A stretch of DNA of 64,000 nt from the human T2T-CHM13v2.0 reference genome, Homo sapiens, in NCBI RefSeq assembly GCF_009914755.1, contig NC_060935.1. One strand, written 5' to 3'. The notes under the pieces were generated by a model that saw nothing but the letters and a program-made list of their open reading frames with translations, made no database searches and had not been told where the DNA came from. This document shows, in pieces, positions 16,651 through 31,195 of this stretch (the first letter of the stretch is position 1; each line of letters starts with the position of its first letter). Both the position numbers and the translations under genes were made by a program.

Positions 16651-16774
16651 ATTGCATTTATGAGGCAGTAGTTCTCCTTCAAGAGAATTGGGTACGCTAA
16701 ATACAGTTTTGCCTGAAATGAAAGTGTGCATGTGTTTGTTGGGGAGGATGAATTGGAATTGGACTTTCAATTAA

Positions 16775-17133
<359 letters not shown>

Positions 17134-17878
17134 AACACAATTATTTTTTTAACAGTAACACTTTGATAAGATAGCACATTTATTTCTATACTCTAGTGCC
17201 AACATCAAGGCCAACTATAAGCTCAGCAGTAAGCTATAATTTTCAATCCATTATAAAGTTAATTGATCATTTCCTGTGTTAGCTGCAGTGCTAAGGTCTG
17301 GGGCACCTGGAAGATAAATAGAGCCTCTATTGCCTCTAGAGCCTCTATTGCCTCTATTATCAAAGGCAATAGAGCCTTATAGTGCAGTGTGCTAAGTGAG
17401 ATGATGTGGGTATGGTAGGAGATATTAACAAAGGAAATAATAGTGCAGTTCCCACAGGTGTGATTAATTTGGTTAAACAGACTCTCAGATGATAGGTAAA
17501 TACGTCTGTAACACCAATTAGTACTACCAGTTAGATGCACAGAGTTCATTAATTTGTTAATTATATTTTGCACCCTTTATGGAGATGAGGAATATAAGGG
17601 AGTAATAAGAGCTCCAGCTCTGCAGCCTGCGTATCTGCATTCAACACCGGCCCCGCCACTTGAAGGATCTACTAAATACCAGTTTATACAACTATGAGAT
17701 GAGATTTAAGGGACATTCATAATGTTGTTATGTGGAATTATTGAGTTATTATGTACAAAATAATTAAATTCTTGCTGAATACCTAATGGGCTTTCTGTAG
17801 ATATTTGCTGTGAGCATCGCTGCTGCTAAGCATGGCAAAGCTGAAGAGCCAGGCTAGTACTTGCAGAAGCACCACAGA

Positions 17879-17894
17879 ACACTAGATGGCAGCG
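17879..17894 (+). promoter_or_regulatory. Candidate CTCF site
   Basis: ACACTAGATGGCAGCG versus core CCASYAGRKGGCRS. Confidence 0.55.
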
Positions 17895-18909
17895 CCAAGA
17901 ACCTGTTTTCGGCTCGCTAGATCCCCCAGCAGGGCCGCTAGGAGGCTTATGCTTACGTCCCATGACTTTTTCTTACCCTTATCTGAGACACTTTCTCAGG
18001 CCCTTTCTTCTAAGGGGAGTGTTGTTATTGGGAGGCAGTTTGATATACTTTTTAAATCCACCAGGTCCTCAAGATGGGGGTAAATTGGTACAATTTACAG
18101 GGCCTTGTGTTGAGGCCCACACGGACTATGTTTTTTACATCAGTGTACATTTACTTTTGCTGGGAAACCAGCCAAAGACAAGTTAGAGAATTCTGCCTGC
18201 TCCCTACGCACTGTGGCCTGTTCAGAACAGCGAGGTCACGCCTGGAACCAGGGCCAGAGCTTCACATAGGCAGTGTTAGCTGGCTCTTCTTTGGTGGCCC
18301 AAACACAACTCCAGGTAGACAAGCAGAACAAATGGCTCCCAGTGAAAATAACTCAGTGCTGGAAACAGTTTTAAAAATTTTCTAAAGCGTATTCTCAGTG
18401 TGATTTTAAACAATGGTAACGTAATTTATCAACAACTCTTCCAAGAAAAATAGACAATAAAGGTCATATTTCTCAATGAAGATATAAGGTCTCAACTGCC
18501 TTACCGGCCACCTCTCCTTACATATGGACCCCCTTAGGATCCTGCTGAAGTTTAAGACAGGCCCTGGCAAAATCCCATCATCAAATAGGATCTCTCTCAT
18601 TTCCATACTTCGAAAGCACTTGGTCCATGCCTGACTTTCACAGCCTTTACCACTGACTGTCTTTGGTCAAAGTTATGAGTTTGAGGACGAAGCTTTGAAC
18701 TAGCACCCTGGAAAGGTTAGGTTATGCCAATTCTACAACTTACAAGGTGCATGATTGTGTAAAGTCACTTAATGTCTCTTCTTATTAAAGAATGGAGAAT
18801 ACTCTTATTTATGCAGAGTTGTCCATGAGGGATAAAGAAAGCAAGAGAATGTGATTTCTAAATCACAACTGGTTACAGAATCATGAGTTGTAAAAATATT
18901 ACCTCCCCA

Positions 18910-19281
<372 letters not shown>

Positions 19282-19592
19282 CTATGTGGAGCAGGGCCGT
19301 TAAGAAGTGGAAGTGTTTTCACAGTCTTAGAGATCAGATACCAGAGAGTGATGCAAAGGTGATGGCAGAGAGGTGAAAGAGCTCATGGAAAGGTCACAGA
19401 TGATCACTGTAGAGGATGAGGGGGTTCTGACCCCCTCATTCATCCAAAGTTGAGGACCTATATGTCAGGCTCTATGCTAGCCGCCGAAGATACAACCATG
19501 AACAAAAAGTCTCAGATCTCATGGAGCTTACATTTCACTGCGAGGATTCAAACAAGTAAAGATCTGTATTAAGTGGTGTAAGAAGTAAAATA

Positions 19593-19929
<337 letters not shown>

Positions 19930-20106
19930 TCAGAGCAGACCCTTCTGATAACGGAATAGGTAGGAAGCTAGTAAGTCATGCAGATAGCAGAGTAAAGGGT
20001 CATCTTTACATCACGAACGACAAATGCAAAAATCCTGAGGCAGCAGTGTGTTTTAGGTGCTTTTAACATTGAGGATATGTTTTGGGTGAGAAAAGGTCAC
20101 ACAGTC

Positions 20107-20498
<392 letters not shown>

Positions 20499-20679
20499 TT
20501 AATATGGGGAGAAATTGGTGCCTTGTATGAGCCGGGATAAAGAACGTATTGGATATGAGAATGAGAAGCCCTTGTTACCCCAGGTGTCTGACCTCTTTAT
20601 CCAGGACTGGGCAGTCAGTATTCCCTTATTCTCCCTCCTTTCTTACCCTGATCCTTTTTTTGTTTGTTCATCTACCTAG

Positions 20680-21169
20680 GATTCTACAGGCAGGAAACAT
20701 CTTAGAAATCAGGGTTGGGCAGGCAGGAGCCAGGAGAGTAGCTACAATGACTTCACCAGTACTGGTGGACATACGAGAAGAGGTGACCTGCCCTATCTGC
20801 CTGGAGCTCCTAACAGAACCCCTGAGCATAGACTGTGGCCACAGCTTCTGCCAAGCCTGCATCACACCAAATGGCAGGGAATCAGTGATTGGTCAAGAAG
20901 GGGAAAGAAGCTGCCCTGTGTGCCAGACCAGCTACCAGCCAGGGAACCTGCGGCCTAATCGGCATCTGGCCAACATAGTGAGGCGGCTCAGAGAGGTAGT
21001 GTTGGGCCCTGGGAAGCAGCTGAAAGCAGTTCTTTGTGCAGACCATGGAGAAAAACTGCAGCTCTTCTGTCAGGAGGATGGGAAGGTCATTTGCTGGCTT
21101 TGTGAGCGGTCTCAGGAGCACCGTGGTCACCACACGTTCCTCGTGGAGGAGGTTGCCCAGGAGTACCAG
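20680..21169 (+). CDS. TRIM6: TRIM6 exon 2: RING plus B-box 2 (short-isoform ATG at 20747)
   Basis: [39 protein letters not shown]; CADHGEK..C..C..C..H..H B-box; acceptor CTAG| at 20679, donor CAG|GTGAGA; 423 nt from ATG. Confidence 0.97.
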
Positions 21170-21424
21170 GTGAGACCCCAGGATGGAATGGGAGACAGAG
21201 AAACAGGGTCTTTGGCAGGTTTTAACGTTTTATCATGCTCTGATCTAATCTCTTTGTAGTCTTTATTTACCTAGAGAATGAACCTGGAAACTGCCTCCCT
21301 GATTAAGAATAGATTCTTTATCATTTACTTGCTATTCCAGATTGAGTAGATAGAGCTGCTTGGGGTAAAAGGGGTACTTGGTTGATTGAGTGTGGAGATA
21401 TGTTGGCAGGGTAGGTAAAGGAAT

Positions 21425-21740
21425 TTATTTACTCATGTATTTATTTTGAGAAGGTGTCTCGCTCTGTCGCCCAGGTTGGAGTGCAGTGGTGCGATCCCGG
21501 CTCACTGCAACCTCCGCCTCCCGGGTTCAAGCAATTCTCGTGCCTGGCCTCCCAAGTAGCTAGGACTGTAGGTGTGCACCACCATGCCCAGCTAATTGTG
21601 TGTGTGTGTGCGTGTGTGTGTGTGTTTAGTAGAGATGGGGTTTTGCCATGTTGCCCAGGCTGATCTCAAACTCCTGAGCTCAGGCAATCCACCCGCCTCA
21701 GCCTCCCAAAGTGCTGGGATTACAGGCGTGAGCCACAGGT
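21425..21740 (-). mobile_element. Alu with (TG)n in the linker
   Basis: Reverse dimer; TG repeat ~21598-21625. Confidence 0.88.
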
Positions 21741-21967
21741 GCTTTGTGGTCAGGCACCTTCCCAAGGGGGATGGAGAATCAGCCTATCCCTGTTGGTTTT
21801 CATCCCGTGTATATATATAAAAGATTTGTTGGCCCTCTCAAGTTTTCATCCTAGGTTAGGACAGGCTTCTTTTGAGGTTAGCAGAATCTCTGTCCCATTC
21901 ATTCTATGTCTGGGTACTGAGTCAACTGAAGGCTTGATCCTGCTTGACCTGATTTGTTTTCTTCAAG

Positions 21968-22063
21968 GAGAAGTTTCAGGAGTCTCTAAAGAAGCTGAAG
22001 AACGAGGAGCAGGAAGCTGAGAAGCTAACAGCTTTTATCAGAGAGAAGAAGACATCCTGGAAG
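21968..22063 (+). CDS. TRIM6: TRIM6 exon 3 (coiled coil), GC donor
   Basis: [32 protein letters not shown], 96 nt, AAG|GCAAGG. Confidence 0.93.
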
Positions 22064-22770
22064 GCAAGGGAGACTTTTTCTGAAGATGTCCTGGGGCAGG
22101 AATCATGGCAGGTCATAGGAGCTGAGGGCAAAGGAGTCCTTGTCCTATCTGTCCTCTGATGCCATGACTAGAAGAGCTTCCCTTTGCCTGGTCCTCCACT
22201 ATATTCCTTCCAAACAGGGGGAGGAGAGGAGGTAAATAGCAAATATATCAAAACTGAACCTAGGAGACAATCACATAGCAGAGGAACCATGGCTAGGGGT
22301 CGCCCCAATTCATAATTCTGGGTCTTGCTCTACAGTTTCAGTCTCTTTGGCTTTTCCCTTGCATTCAGAGTACAAATGCAAGGGAAAATGCAGGTAAGGC
22401 TTGTGAAGAAGCCCAGATCTGAGACAGGTTAGTCACAGGCCAGTAATTTCCACCTCAGTACTCGAAATTGGAAGAGGAGGCTGATGCAGAGGTGAGGGAG
22501 GCTTCCTGGAATCTAAATGTCACCCAGGAATCACAGTTGATGTCTAGATGGCCTAGATAAAGCAGCCCGGGGCCAATGGTCTGGGCAGAGCTGAAGGGAG
22601 AAAAGAAGGAAAGAACAGGCTACAAAGGCTTTCTCCTGCAGCATTTACCCTCCCTCTCCCTGGGAGGCTTGGCCCAGGAAAGCAGTCCTGAGCCCAACTT
22701 CCCCGCTTTTAATAGAGGAGACCCTCAGTGTGACCGACTAGCAGCCTCTTTTTCTTCCCTGTTCCTGAAG

Positions 22771-23001
22771 AATCAGATGGAGCCTGAGAGATGCAGGATC
22801 CAGACAGAGTTTAATCAGCTGCGAAATATCCTAGACAGAGTGGAGCAACGGGAGCTGAAAAAGCTGGAACAGGAAGAGAAGAAGGGGCTACGAATTATAG
22901 AAGAGGCTGAGAATGATCTGGTCCACCAGACCCAGTCGCTGCGAGAGCTCATCTCGGATCTGGAGCGTCGATGTCAGGGGTCAACAATGGAGCTGCTGCA
23001 G
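22771..23001 (+). CDS. TRIM6: TRIM6 exon 4 (coiled coil)
   Basis: [14 protein letters not shown]...STMELLQ, 231 nt, CAG|GTAAGG. Confidence 0.95.
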
Positions 23002-23287
23002 GTAAGGCTTGTGAAGGAGCCCAGATCTGAGAGTCAAGGAAAAGAGAAACTAACTTTCCTTCCTTTCTGGGACATCAGACTACCATCGTTGCAGGGACAA
23101 GAGAAAACATTCCTTTGGCGCTATAGTGCCTATCCCCTATTAAACTGTTTAGAGGTATGGAGTAAAGCGTAAGATAATTCAGAGTACAAATGCAAGGGAA
23201 AGTCCCATTTTTATTTATAAAGGGTTGTCTAAAAGTTTATTTGATGCTGTGGAGAAGATCTGTTGTATCCAGTGATGTTGTTCTTTC

Positions 23288-23499
23288 TTTCTCAGTCTTG
23301 GCACTATTTACATTTCTGGCTGGATAATTCTTTGCTGCGTGGGGTTCTCCTGTACATTGTAGGATGCTTAGCAGCGTCTCTGGCCTCTGCTCACTAGATG
23401 TCAGCAGCACCACCCCAGATGTGACAACCCCAAATTTCTTCAGACATTGCCACGATAGCCCCAGGGTGAACACAGTGCTCTCCCAGTTGAGAACCACTG
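23288..23499 (-). mobile_element. MER20
   Basis: Reverse match to recalled consensus; ends GTTGAGAACCACTG. Confidence 0.8.
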
Positions 23500-24355
23500 T
23501 TCATTAGGCACCTCTCGTCTCTGATGCTGTGTTGGGAATTTGCCAAGTGCTTCTTACCCAGCTTAGTCACAGGCACACTTACGCCAAGCTAAATTCTTAG
23601 AGATGATGTATTACCAGCCCTTCTTTGTTTTCACTCTCTTCTCTAGAGCAGAATCATTTAACATACTGTAGCAATTGATATTTGAACTGGTTTTGGGGGT
23701 CTGGGCTCTGGTCTGTATGTGTGTAGGTCGCAGATTACAAGGTATCAAGCCTAGAGAGATTTGATGGAGGGACTTGAACTGAGGTTGAAATTCTAGCAGC
23801 TATTTTCTGCATAGAATGAATAGTGTGGTTGTGAATTTGAGGCATGATGTAGCTTGTGATATTCTGTAACCTTCAGAGTGTAAGATATTCTTTATATTTT
23901 GTTTGTCTTCGTGCTTTCCTCTTGCTCCTTCTTTCTTGGTGGAATAATTGTTTATTTACATATTCTTGGGTCTTAGTATTAGAGCCATGGGTAGCTACTT
24001 TCTGCCTGTTACAGCTTTTTCTCATTCACTGCTTCCTGCTTTGCATCTTCATTTTATTCTTCTTGCCTTTTTGTCCTCATCATTGATATTATTACCCTGA
24101 TACTTTCTCCTTCACCTTTTGTTCTGGCTCCTCAACAGTCCTCAAACTGTAAATATTTTTTAAATGCAAATGAATCGTCAATTCATATTGCTAGTTTAGA
24201 CACTTCCACATTCATTAGTATGACTGCCCCACGGACATTTAAACTTGAGTAGTCTTTTCTAAAAATAAACTTTCTAGAATTTTCCCATCACAGACATTGT
24301 TCTTTCTCTTTTCCATATCTGTGTGAATTGTTGCCCATTAAGATTTTATAGCCAA

Positions 24356-24741
<386 letters not shown>

Positions 24742-25805
24742 TCAGTTCCTCAGTACAGCCACAATGTAAGATTGATACAATCCTGGATATTTACTGCAAA
24801 TTGACACACACAGCACCTCTACCACATTCTATGTTCAAGCCAGTTTGAGTTGTGCCTCTATGAAATGCCACCATAAACAGCCCTAATACAGAGAAAATAG
24901 TTAATCCTGTATTATATGGACCAAACTTAAGCTTTTCTTCGGGGTCATTGAGATGTATGGAGCACAAGATAAAAAGACCAAATAGAAAGGAATAGGCCAA
25001 TTCCACAGAAATGAGACTAGCAGTGGCAGTGATAAAGGTGAACAACTGGTGACCAAATGAAATTGAGGATGTGAAGTGGACTGACTTGGGCAAAGATAGG
25101 ATGCCAGGGTGAATATATGGTAGTTATTTCCTATTTTGTTTAAATTTGGTGACTTAAGTGGTTGCTAGTGTGATTCAGTAGGATGGAAGGGAGACAAGAG
25201 TTGCCGAACTAAGTTCTTTTAAACATCTTGCATTTGAGGTACCTGTGACATATCTGCTGGTGTATATATTAATCAAAATCATAAGGAAAGGGGGCTGAGC
25301 AGAAGTACAGATTTGAGAATCATCAACATGTGTACATTAAAATGAAGGAAATGGATGAAGTCAGCAAAGGTAGGGTAGAAGGTTAGAGAAGGTGAAGTTT
25401 GAGAAACAACCATATATAAAGTCCATGAGCCTGTATCTTCAGCAACCAGAACAGGATGTAAGCTACTCAAGGATAGAAATTATGACTTCATCATCTGAGG
25501 TTCTCTAGGCCAGGCACAATGCCTGACAAATAATACATGCTATACATACATAACATTACACAAACATATGCACACACACAATGTTGTGAAAATCAAGACA
25601 CTGATGAGTCAATTGAGTTATTTTTTGATGTCTTCACATGGGTTCTTAGGGACAGTCTGCCCTGAGTTTTTTCTCTACTTTGTGGCCTCCACATTAGGAT
25701 TATCTTTATTTGTATCATATCATGGGGTAGGGGACATGGAAGGAGAAATGTGGATAAGGGCATGACCTGTTACTCCTTGACTTAACCTGTCTTTTTCCTT
25801 CCTAG

Positions 25806-25828
25806 GATGTAAGTGATGTCACAGAAAG
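25806..25828 (+). CDS. TRIM6: TRIM6 exon 5 (23-nt microexon)
   Basis: CCTAG|GAT GTA AGT GAT GTC ACA GAA AG|GTATGT; phase and size match TRIM34. Confidence 0.9.
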
Positions 25829-26078
25829 GTATGTGTAAGGAGAACATGAGGTAGTTCCCCTGGACTGACAAATGATTCCTTTACCCATGATCAGTGGGAA
25901 AGGGAAGAAGAATCAGAGTGGGGAAGATTCAAGAGAGTAGTCTTGAATCGCGCATCACATGGAGTTTTGGCATCCCCAAATAAAGGGGATGAACTGGCCT
26001 CTCTGGTAGGAAAATGTGGGTGATGGGAGGTCAGTAGGTGGGGACAGTACTGTTATTTAGAATAAAGAGTTGCAGTAT

Positions 26079-26142
26079 TGCGCCACTGCACTCCAGCCTG
26101 GGAGACAAAGGGAGACTCTGCCTCAAACAAACAAAAAAAAAT
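26079..26142 (+). mobile_element. Severely 5'-truncated Alu
   Basis: Alu 3' end plus A tail; 19-bp TSD GAATAAAGAGTTGCAGTAT. Confidence 0.88.
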
Positions 26143-26281
26143 GAATAAAGAGTTGCAGTATCAGTGACTCCCCAAGTACCCTGTTAGTGTACTTTTCCAT
26201 AAACCTCTGTGCCTGCTTTCATCCCTGATTCTTAAGTTTATAGTTACCTCAAAATACACAGGAATTTTCTTTGCCCATAAA

Positions 26282-26371
26282 TTTTTTTTTTTTTTTTTTT
26301 TTTTTTTTGAGACAGAGTTTCACTCTGTCGCCCAGGCTGGAGTGCAGTGGTGTGATCTCGGCTCACTGCAC
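26282..26371 (-). mobile_element. 5'-truncated Alu
   Basis: polyT plus Alu 3' end; degenerate TSD TTC(T/C)TGCCC(A/G)T(A/G)AATTT. Confidence 0.85.
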
Positions 26372-27080
26372 CTTCCTGCCCGTGAATTTTATCAGAGTGA
26401 CATTCCCATCTGCATTATTTCTCAAGGTCTAAGAATTTGGTCTTGGCACATCTGCCTTAAGTTTTTCTTTCTCCCAGGCCTTGCTCCCTAGTAGATTTTC
26501 TTTTGTCTCAATTCCAGTAAAAACGTAAACCCGAGCTCTGGAGGATAATAATTTAGCCCGGGAATCAAACATGTTCTCTATCACATACTCCAGAGTCTTA
26601 TCCAACAAGGTGACATGTCAAACTGCTTGCACACTTGGTTCCTCCATGCTCCTCACAGACACACGAAATGGGAACCCTATCGTCCCTTCTGAAATCTGTA
26701 CTCTCCGTTTGGAGGTGAGGACATCTTTTCTCCAGCTAGTGGCATAACATTCCCAGAGACGGCAAATCCTAAAATGCTGTTTTGAAGGTTTTCTGAGAAA
26801 TCCCAGGGCCTAAGCCCACAGACTCTTCTGAAGAAACCCCTTCACTTGATACTTTCAAAGCCCCAGCAATAGGCCCCTGGTGTTCTGCCTGTCAACCCAG
26901 ACATCTTCAACCCCTCTGATTTTAAATATTTTATATCTTTTTTTAGAGGTAGCAAAAGATTTCCAAGCCATTATTTTACTGAACTGCATAACATCTCTAG
27001 GACACAGAAAAAGGAAAATTATAGTATTTTCTAAAAACAACAACAGAAAAACAAAATGAGACTTTAAGAAGTTAAATCTT

Positions 27081-27380
<300 letters not shown>

Positions 27381-27584
27381 TTACACAAGTTTATGTAGAT
27401 GGTGAGATGATAGTTTCTAGTCTAGCTCTTCTGGCTCCAGTGCCAGGGCTGTTTGCAGAATGATGCTAAGTGTATTCAGAAAGGAGGATTGGAATTCATC
27501 AGTAGGCTTGGGAGGTAAGGGAGATGGGTGGTGGAGGAACCCACAGTCAGCAGTGTGGGAACTCAGAAGTCCTGTCCTTTCTAG

Positions 27585-27685
27585 GAGTGAGTTCTGGACC
27601 CTGAGGAAGCCAGAAGCTCTCCCTACAAAGCTGAGAAGTATGTTCCGAGCCCCAGATCTGAAAAGGATGCTGCGAGTGTGTAGAG
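27585..27685 (+). CDS. TRIM6: TRIM6 exon 6 (L2 linker)
   Basis: [33 protein letters not shown], 101 nt, AG..GTAAGG. Confidence 0.93.
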
Positions 27686-27974
27686 GTAAGGAGATTCAGG
27701 GGAAAGAGTTTGGATGTGAAATTACTGTCGTGGGAAGAAATAAACGGGATAGAGGCTATAGTCGGTATTTGAGCATAGTGGCAAAGAGGGAGGTCCCAGA
27801 GGGAGGGACATAGTGTGCTGAAGAAGATGCGTTTTGTATTTAAGGGGAGATGAAATGGCCAGGTGACATCCTCACAGGATTCCTCACCATTCCCCTCAAT
27901 GTAGTAAGGAGAGAGATACCAGACATGAGACAGTTGGTCCTATTCAACATTATTGACTCTTTTCATCATTACAG

Positions 27975-28001
27975 AGCTGACAGATGTCCAAAGCTACTGG
28001 G
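27975..28001 (+). CDS. TRIM6: TRIM6 exon 7 (27 nt)
   Basis: ACAG|AG CTG ACA GAT GTC CAA AGC TAC TGG G|GTAAGT (ELTDVQSYW). Confidence 0.92.
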
Positions 28002-28216
28002 GTAAGTAGAAGCCATGGCCTCTTTGGGCTGGCACATTCTGATCTCCTTTCACATGCCCTCCCCAGACATAGCCACACAGATCCTAGGTGTTGATGCCTC
28101 CCCCATCCCCGCCATATAGTTCCAGTTCCTCCAACCACTTCCTGTGTTTCCTCTTCTCAGCATAACGAGACCCATGTCCCCGTTCTCATCTGCTGATGTT
28201 GTACCTTTTCCTACAG

Positions 28217-28782
28217 TTGACGTGACCCTGAATCCACACACAGCTAATTTAAATCTTGTCCTGGCTAAAAACCGGAGACAAGTGAGGTTTGTGGGAGCTA
28301 AAGTATCTGGACCTTCCTGTCTGGAAAAGCATTATGACTGTAGTGTCCTGGGCTCCCAGCACTTCTCCTCTGGTAAGCATTACTGGGAGGTAGATGTGGC
28401 CAAGAAGACTGCCTGGATCCTAGGGGTATGCAGCAATTCACTGGGACCTACATTCTCTTTCAACCATTTTGCTCAAAATCACAGTGCTTACTCCAGGTAT
28501 CAGCCTCAGAGTGGATACTGGGTGATTGGGTTACAGCATAACCATGAATATAGGGCCTATGAGGATTCTTCCCCTTCCCTGCTTCTCTCCATGACAGTGC
28601 CCCCTCGCCGTGTTGGGGTTTTCTTAGATTATGAGGCTGGTACTGTCTCCTTTTATAATGTCACAAACCATGGCTTCCCCATCTACACTTTCTCTAAATA
28701 TTACTTTCCCACTACTCTTTGTCCATATTTTAATCCTTGCAACTGTGTAATTCCTATGACCCTGCGTCGTCCAAGCTCTTGA
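28217..28782 (+). CDS. TRIM6: TRIM6 exon 8 coding part: B30.2/PRY-SPRY
   Basis: [37 protein letters not shown]; spliced CDS sums to 1467 nt = 488 aa. Confidence 0.97.
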
Positions 28783-28852
28783 ATATTCTTCTGTTCCCAC
28801 CCACTTCTGATAAGTACCCTGAGGCTTATCAGCATGTGATTCTCCCTTCTGA

Positions 28853-29205
<353 letters not shown>

Positions 29206-29239
29206 TAAACAGTTACTCAGTACTAGGATGCACCCAGTG

Positions 29240-29670
29240 GTGAGAGTAAGCATCTTTGACTGATGACAGGTCTTGAGGTGGATAGGGGGCGCTTTCAGTA
29301 TTTTGCCATTAAGCATAGTATTTGATGCAGGTTTTTTTTGATTGATGCAGGGGATCAAATTTAGGAAGTTCTGATCTGTTAATTTACTACAAGTTTTTGT
29401 ATAAAATGAAAACTCGTATTCTACCTATGTCTTTTCTGTAAATTATTGAGACAATTGTGTATCATTTTTGTTCTGTTAATGTGGCTTAGTACATTGATTT
29501 ACTTCAATTTGTTACCACAACTTGCTGAAATACACCATTATTATTTGTTGTATGCAATACTGGATTTATTTTGATAACGTATTGTTTAGATTTTGTTCTC
29601 ATCTATGTTAATGAAAGAAATTGGCCTGTATTTTTACATTCTTGTAATATCTTTGCCAGGTTCTATAAAA
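29240..29670 (-). mobile_element. Old L1M fragment in TRIM6 3'UTR
   Basis: Reverse ORF 28966-29358 begins with ORF2-like residues (MLNGKILKAPP..LTLTT). Confidence 0.55.
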
Positions 29671-30171
29671 TGCAATAATAAGCAAATAAATTACTTTGTT
29701 TTTGTATAAGTATGTATAGGATTGAGCTCTAAAACCAAACCATTATAATGATAATTTGGGTAGCTTCAAACTCAAATTGAAGAGAGTCTTCACTACAATC
29801 TTCACTACAGCCTTTGGCCTTCCTCTCTACATTTAAGAGTAGCAATAGAACAATAAAAAAAAAATACGTCTTTCAAATTAATTGCAGTAAAAACAAAAGG
29901 GTAGTGGGGAGAGAAAAACAATCCAATACATATTTTTCTCTCAGAATAGAAAGAAAATACAAAGAGAAAATATGAACAATATAAAGCACTTAAAGGAAGA
30001 GGATGATTTCTTCCAGCTTTTCCACACTCTCTTTATGCGCAGGAACAAACAGCTGTTGAGTGAGCTGCTATGACTTTGGTAGAGAGGTGCAATATGTTTT
30101 TTGAACCAGCTATAAAAGAAATTAAGAGGTACATGTGAGGGTAGAAACAAATATCAAGGATGAGAATGGCA

Positions 30172-30481
30172 CTGGCTGTCCCATATGGTATCCAGGAGCC
30201 ACCAATGTCTGTTGAGTACTTCATACATGCCTAGTCTGAATTGAGATGTGCTCAAAGTATAAAATATATACCAGATTTCAAATACCTACTTCAAAAAATA
30301 ATGTAAAATATCTCACTAATAACTTTTCCTTTGTGTATTGCAATGATAATATGTTGGCTCTATTGGATTAAATAAAGTATGTTATTCATTTTACCTGTTT
30401 CATTTTACTTTTTTAATGTGGATACTAGAAACCTTAAAATTACATATGTGGCTTACATTGTATTTTTATTGGACAACTCTG
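30172..30481. mobile_element. MER33-like DNA element
   Basis: AATTGAGATGTGCT..AAGTATAAAATA..TTAAAATTACATATGTGGCT..TTGGACA. Confidence 0.7.
30371..30376 (+). terminator. TRIM6: Candidate TRIM6 poly(A) signal (alternative at 29852)
   Basis: AATAAA followed by T-rich downstream sequence. Confidence 0.55.
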
Positions 30482-31195
30482 GAGTAGATCCTATAATGAA
30501 ATTTCTGTCCCTAAGTGAGCCCTAGTGTAAAAGCCTATGGACTCAGGATACAGAGGAGGTTTCAAGGCACATATGTTTATCTCTACAGAACCTGCACCTT
30601 CCCAGCTGCCCTGAGGCATTTTTATGGAAGGTAATGACAGAGAAAAGAAGATCTCAACATATCTAGAAGTGTAGAAATTTGGAAGATCATAGAAAGGGCT
30701 CATGACCAGAGAATGATTCTGCAGACTCTGGCCCCTGCCGTTAGTCCTCAGTCTGTTGGGCACTTGAAGCTCCTTCATGGTTTGATGAAACACTGATTTG
30801 TTATCAAGGCTCAGCTTGGGTGTCTATGGTGAGATAAAGTAGTGCAGATTATAGTAAAAGCTCACTACTGGTTTGTTCTAAGGCACCGTTTTATAATATT
30901 TGGGAGATCATATCTGTGGAAGCCCAGAGGCTGGATGCAAACTCCTTATCCTGGTCTGCGTTTCAATTGGAAGAGATATAAAAGGAGATAGGGCCAGCTG
31001 ACTGGGACCTATGGGGCTGGTGGAAGTTCAGGAAAGAGAAAGATCTGCTGGAGTAGTTATCCCCTTCCCACTTATTTTCCCATATAATAAGTAAGTTCTA
31101 GGCAAAAGAGTTAGCCCAGCTCTCTTCTGTAAACTCATTTTACAAGTAAATTTACTTTCCAAGTGAATTTACTTTATAAGTAATTTTTCTTTTTT

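Noticed and set aside
20549-20679. N-terminal part of the 236-aa ORF, and similar extensions at 22576, 28144, 48077, 58789
   Set aside because: Intronic readthrough upstream of clear splice acceptors
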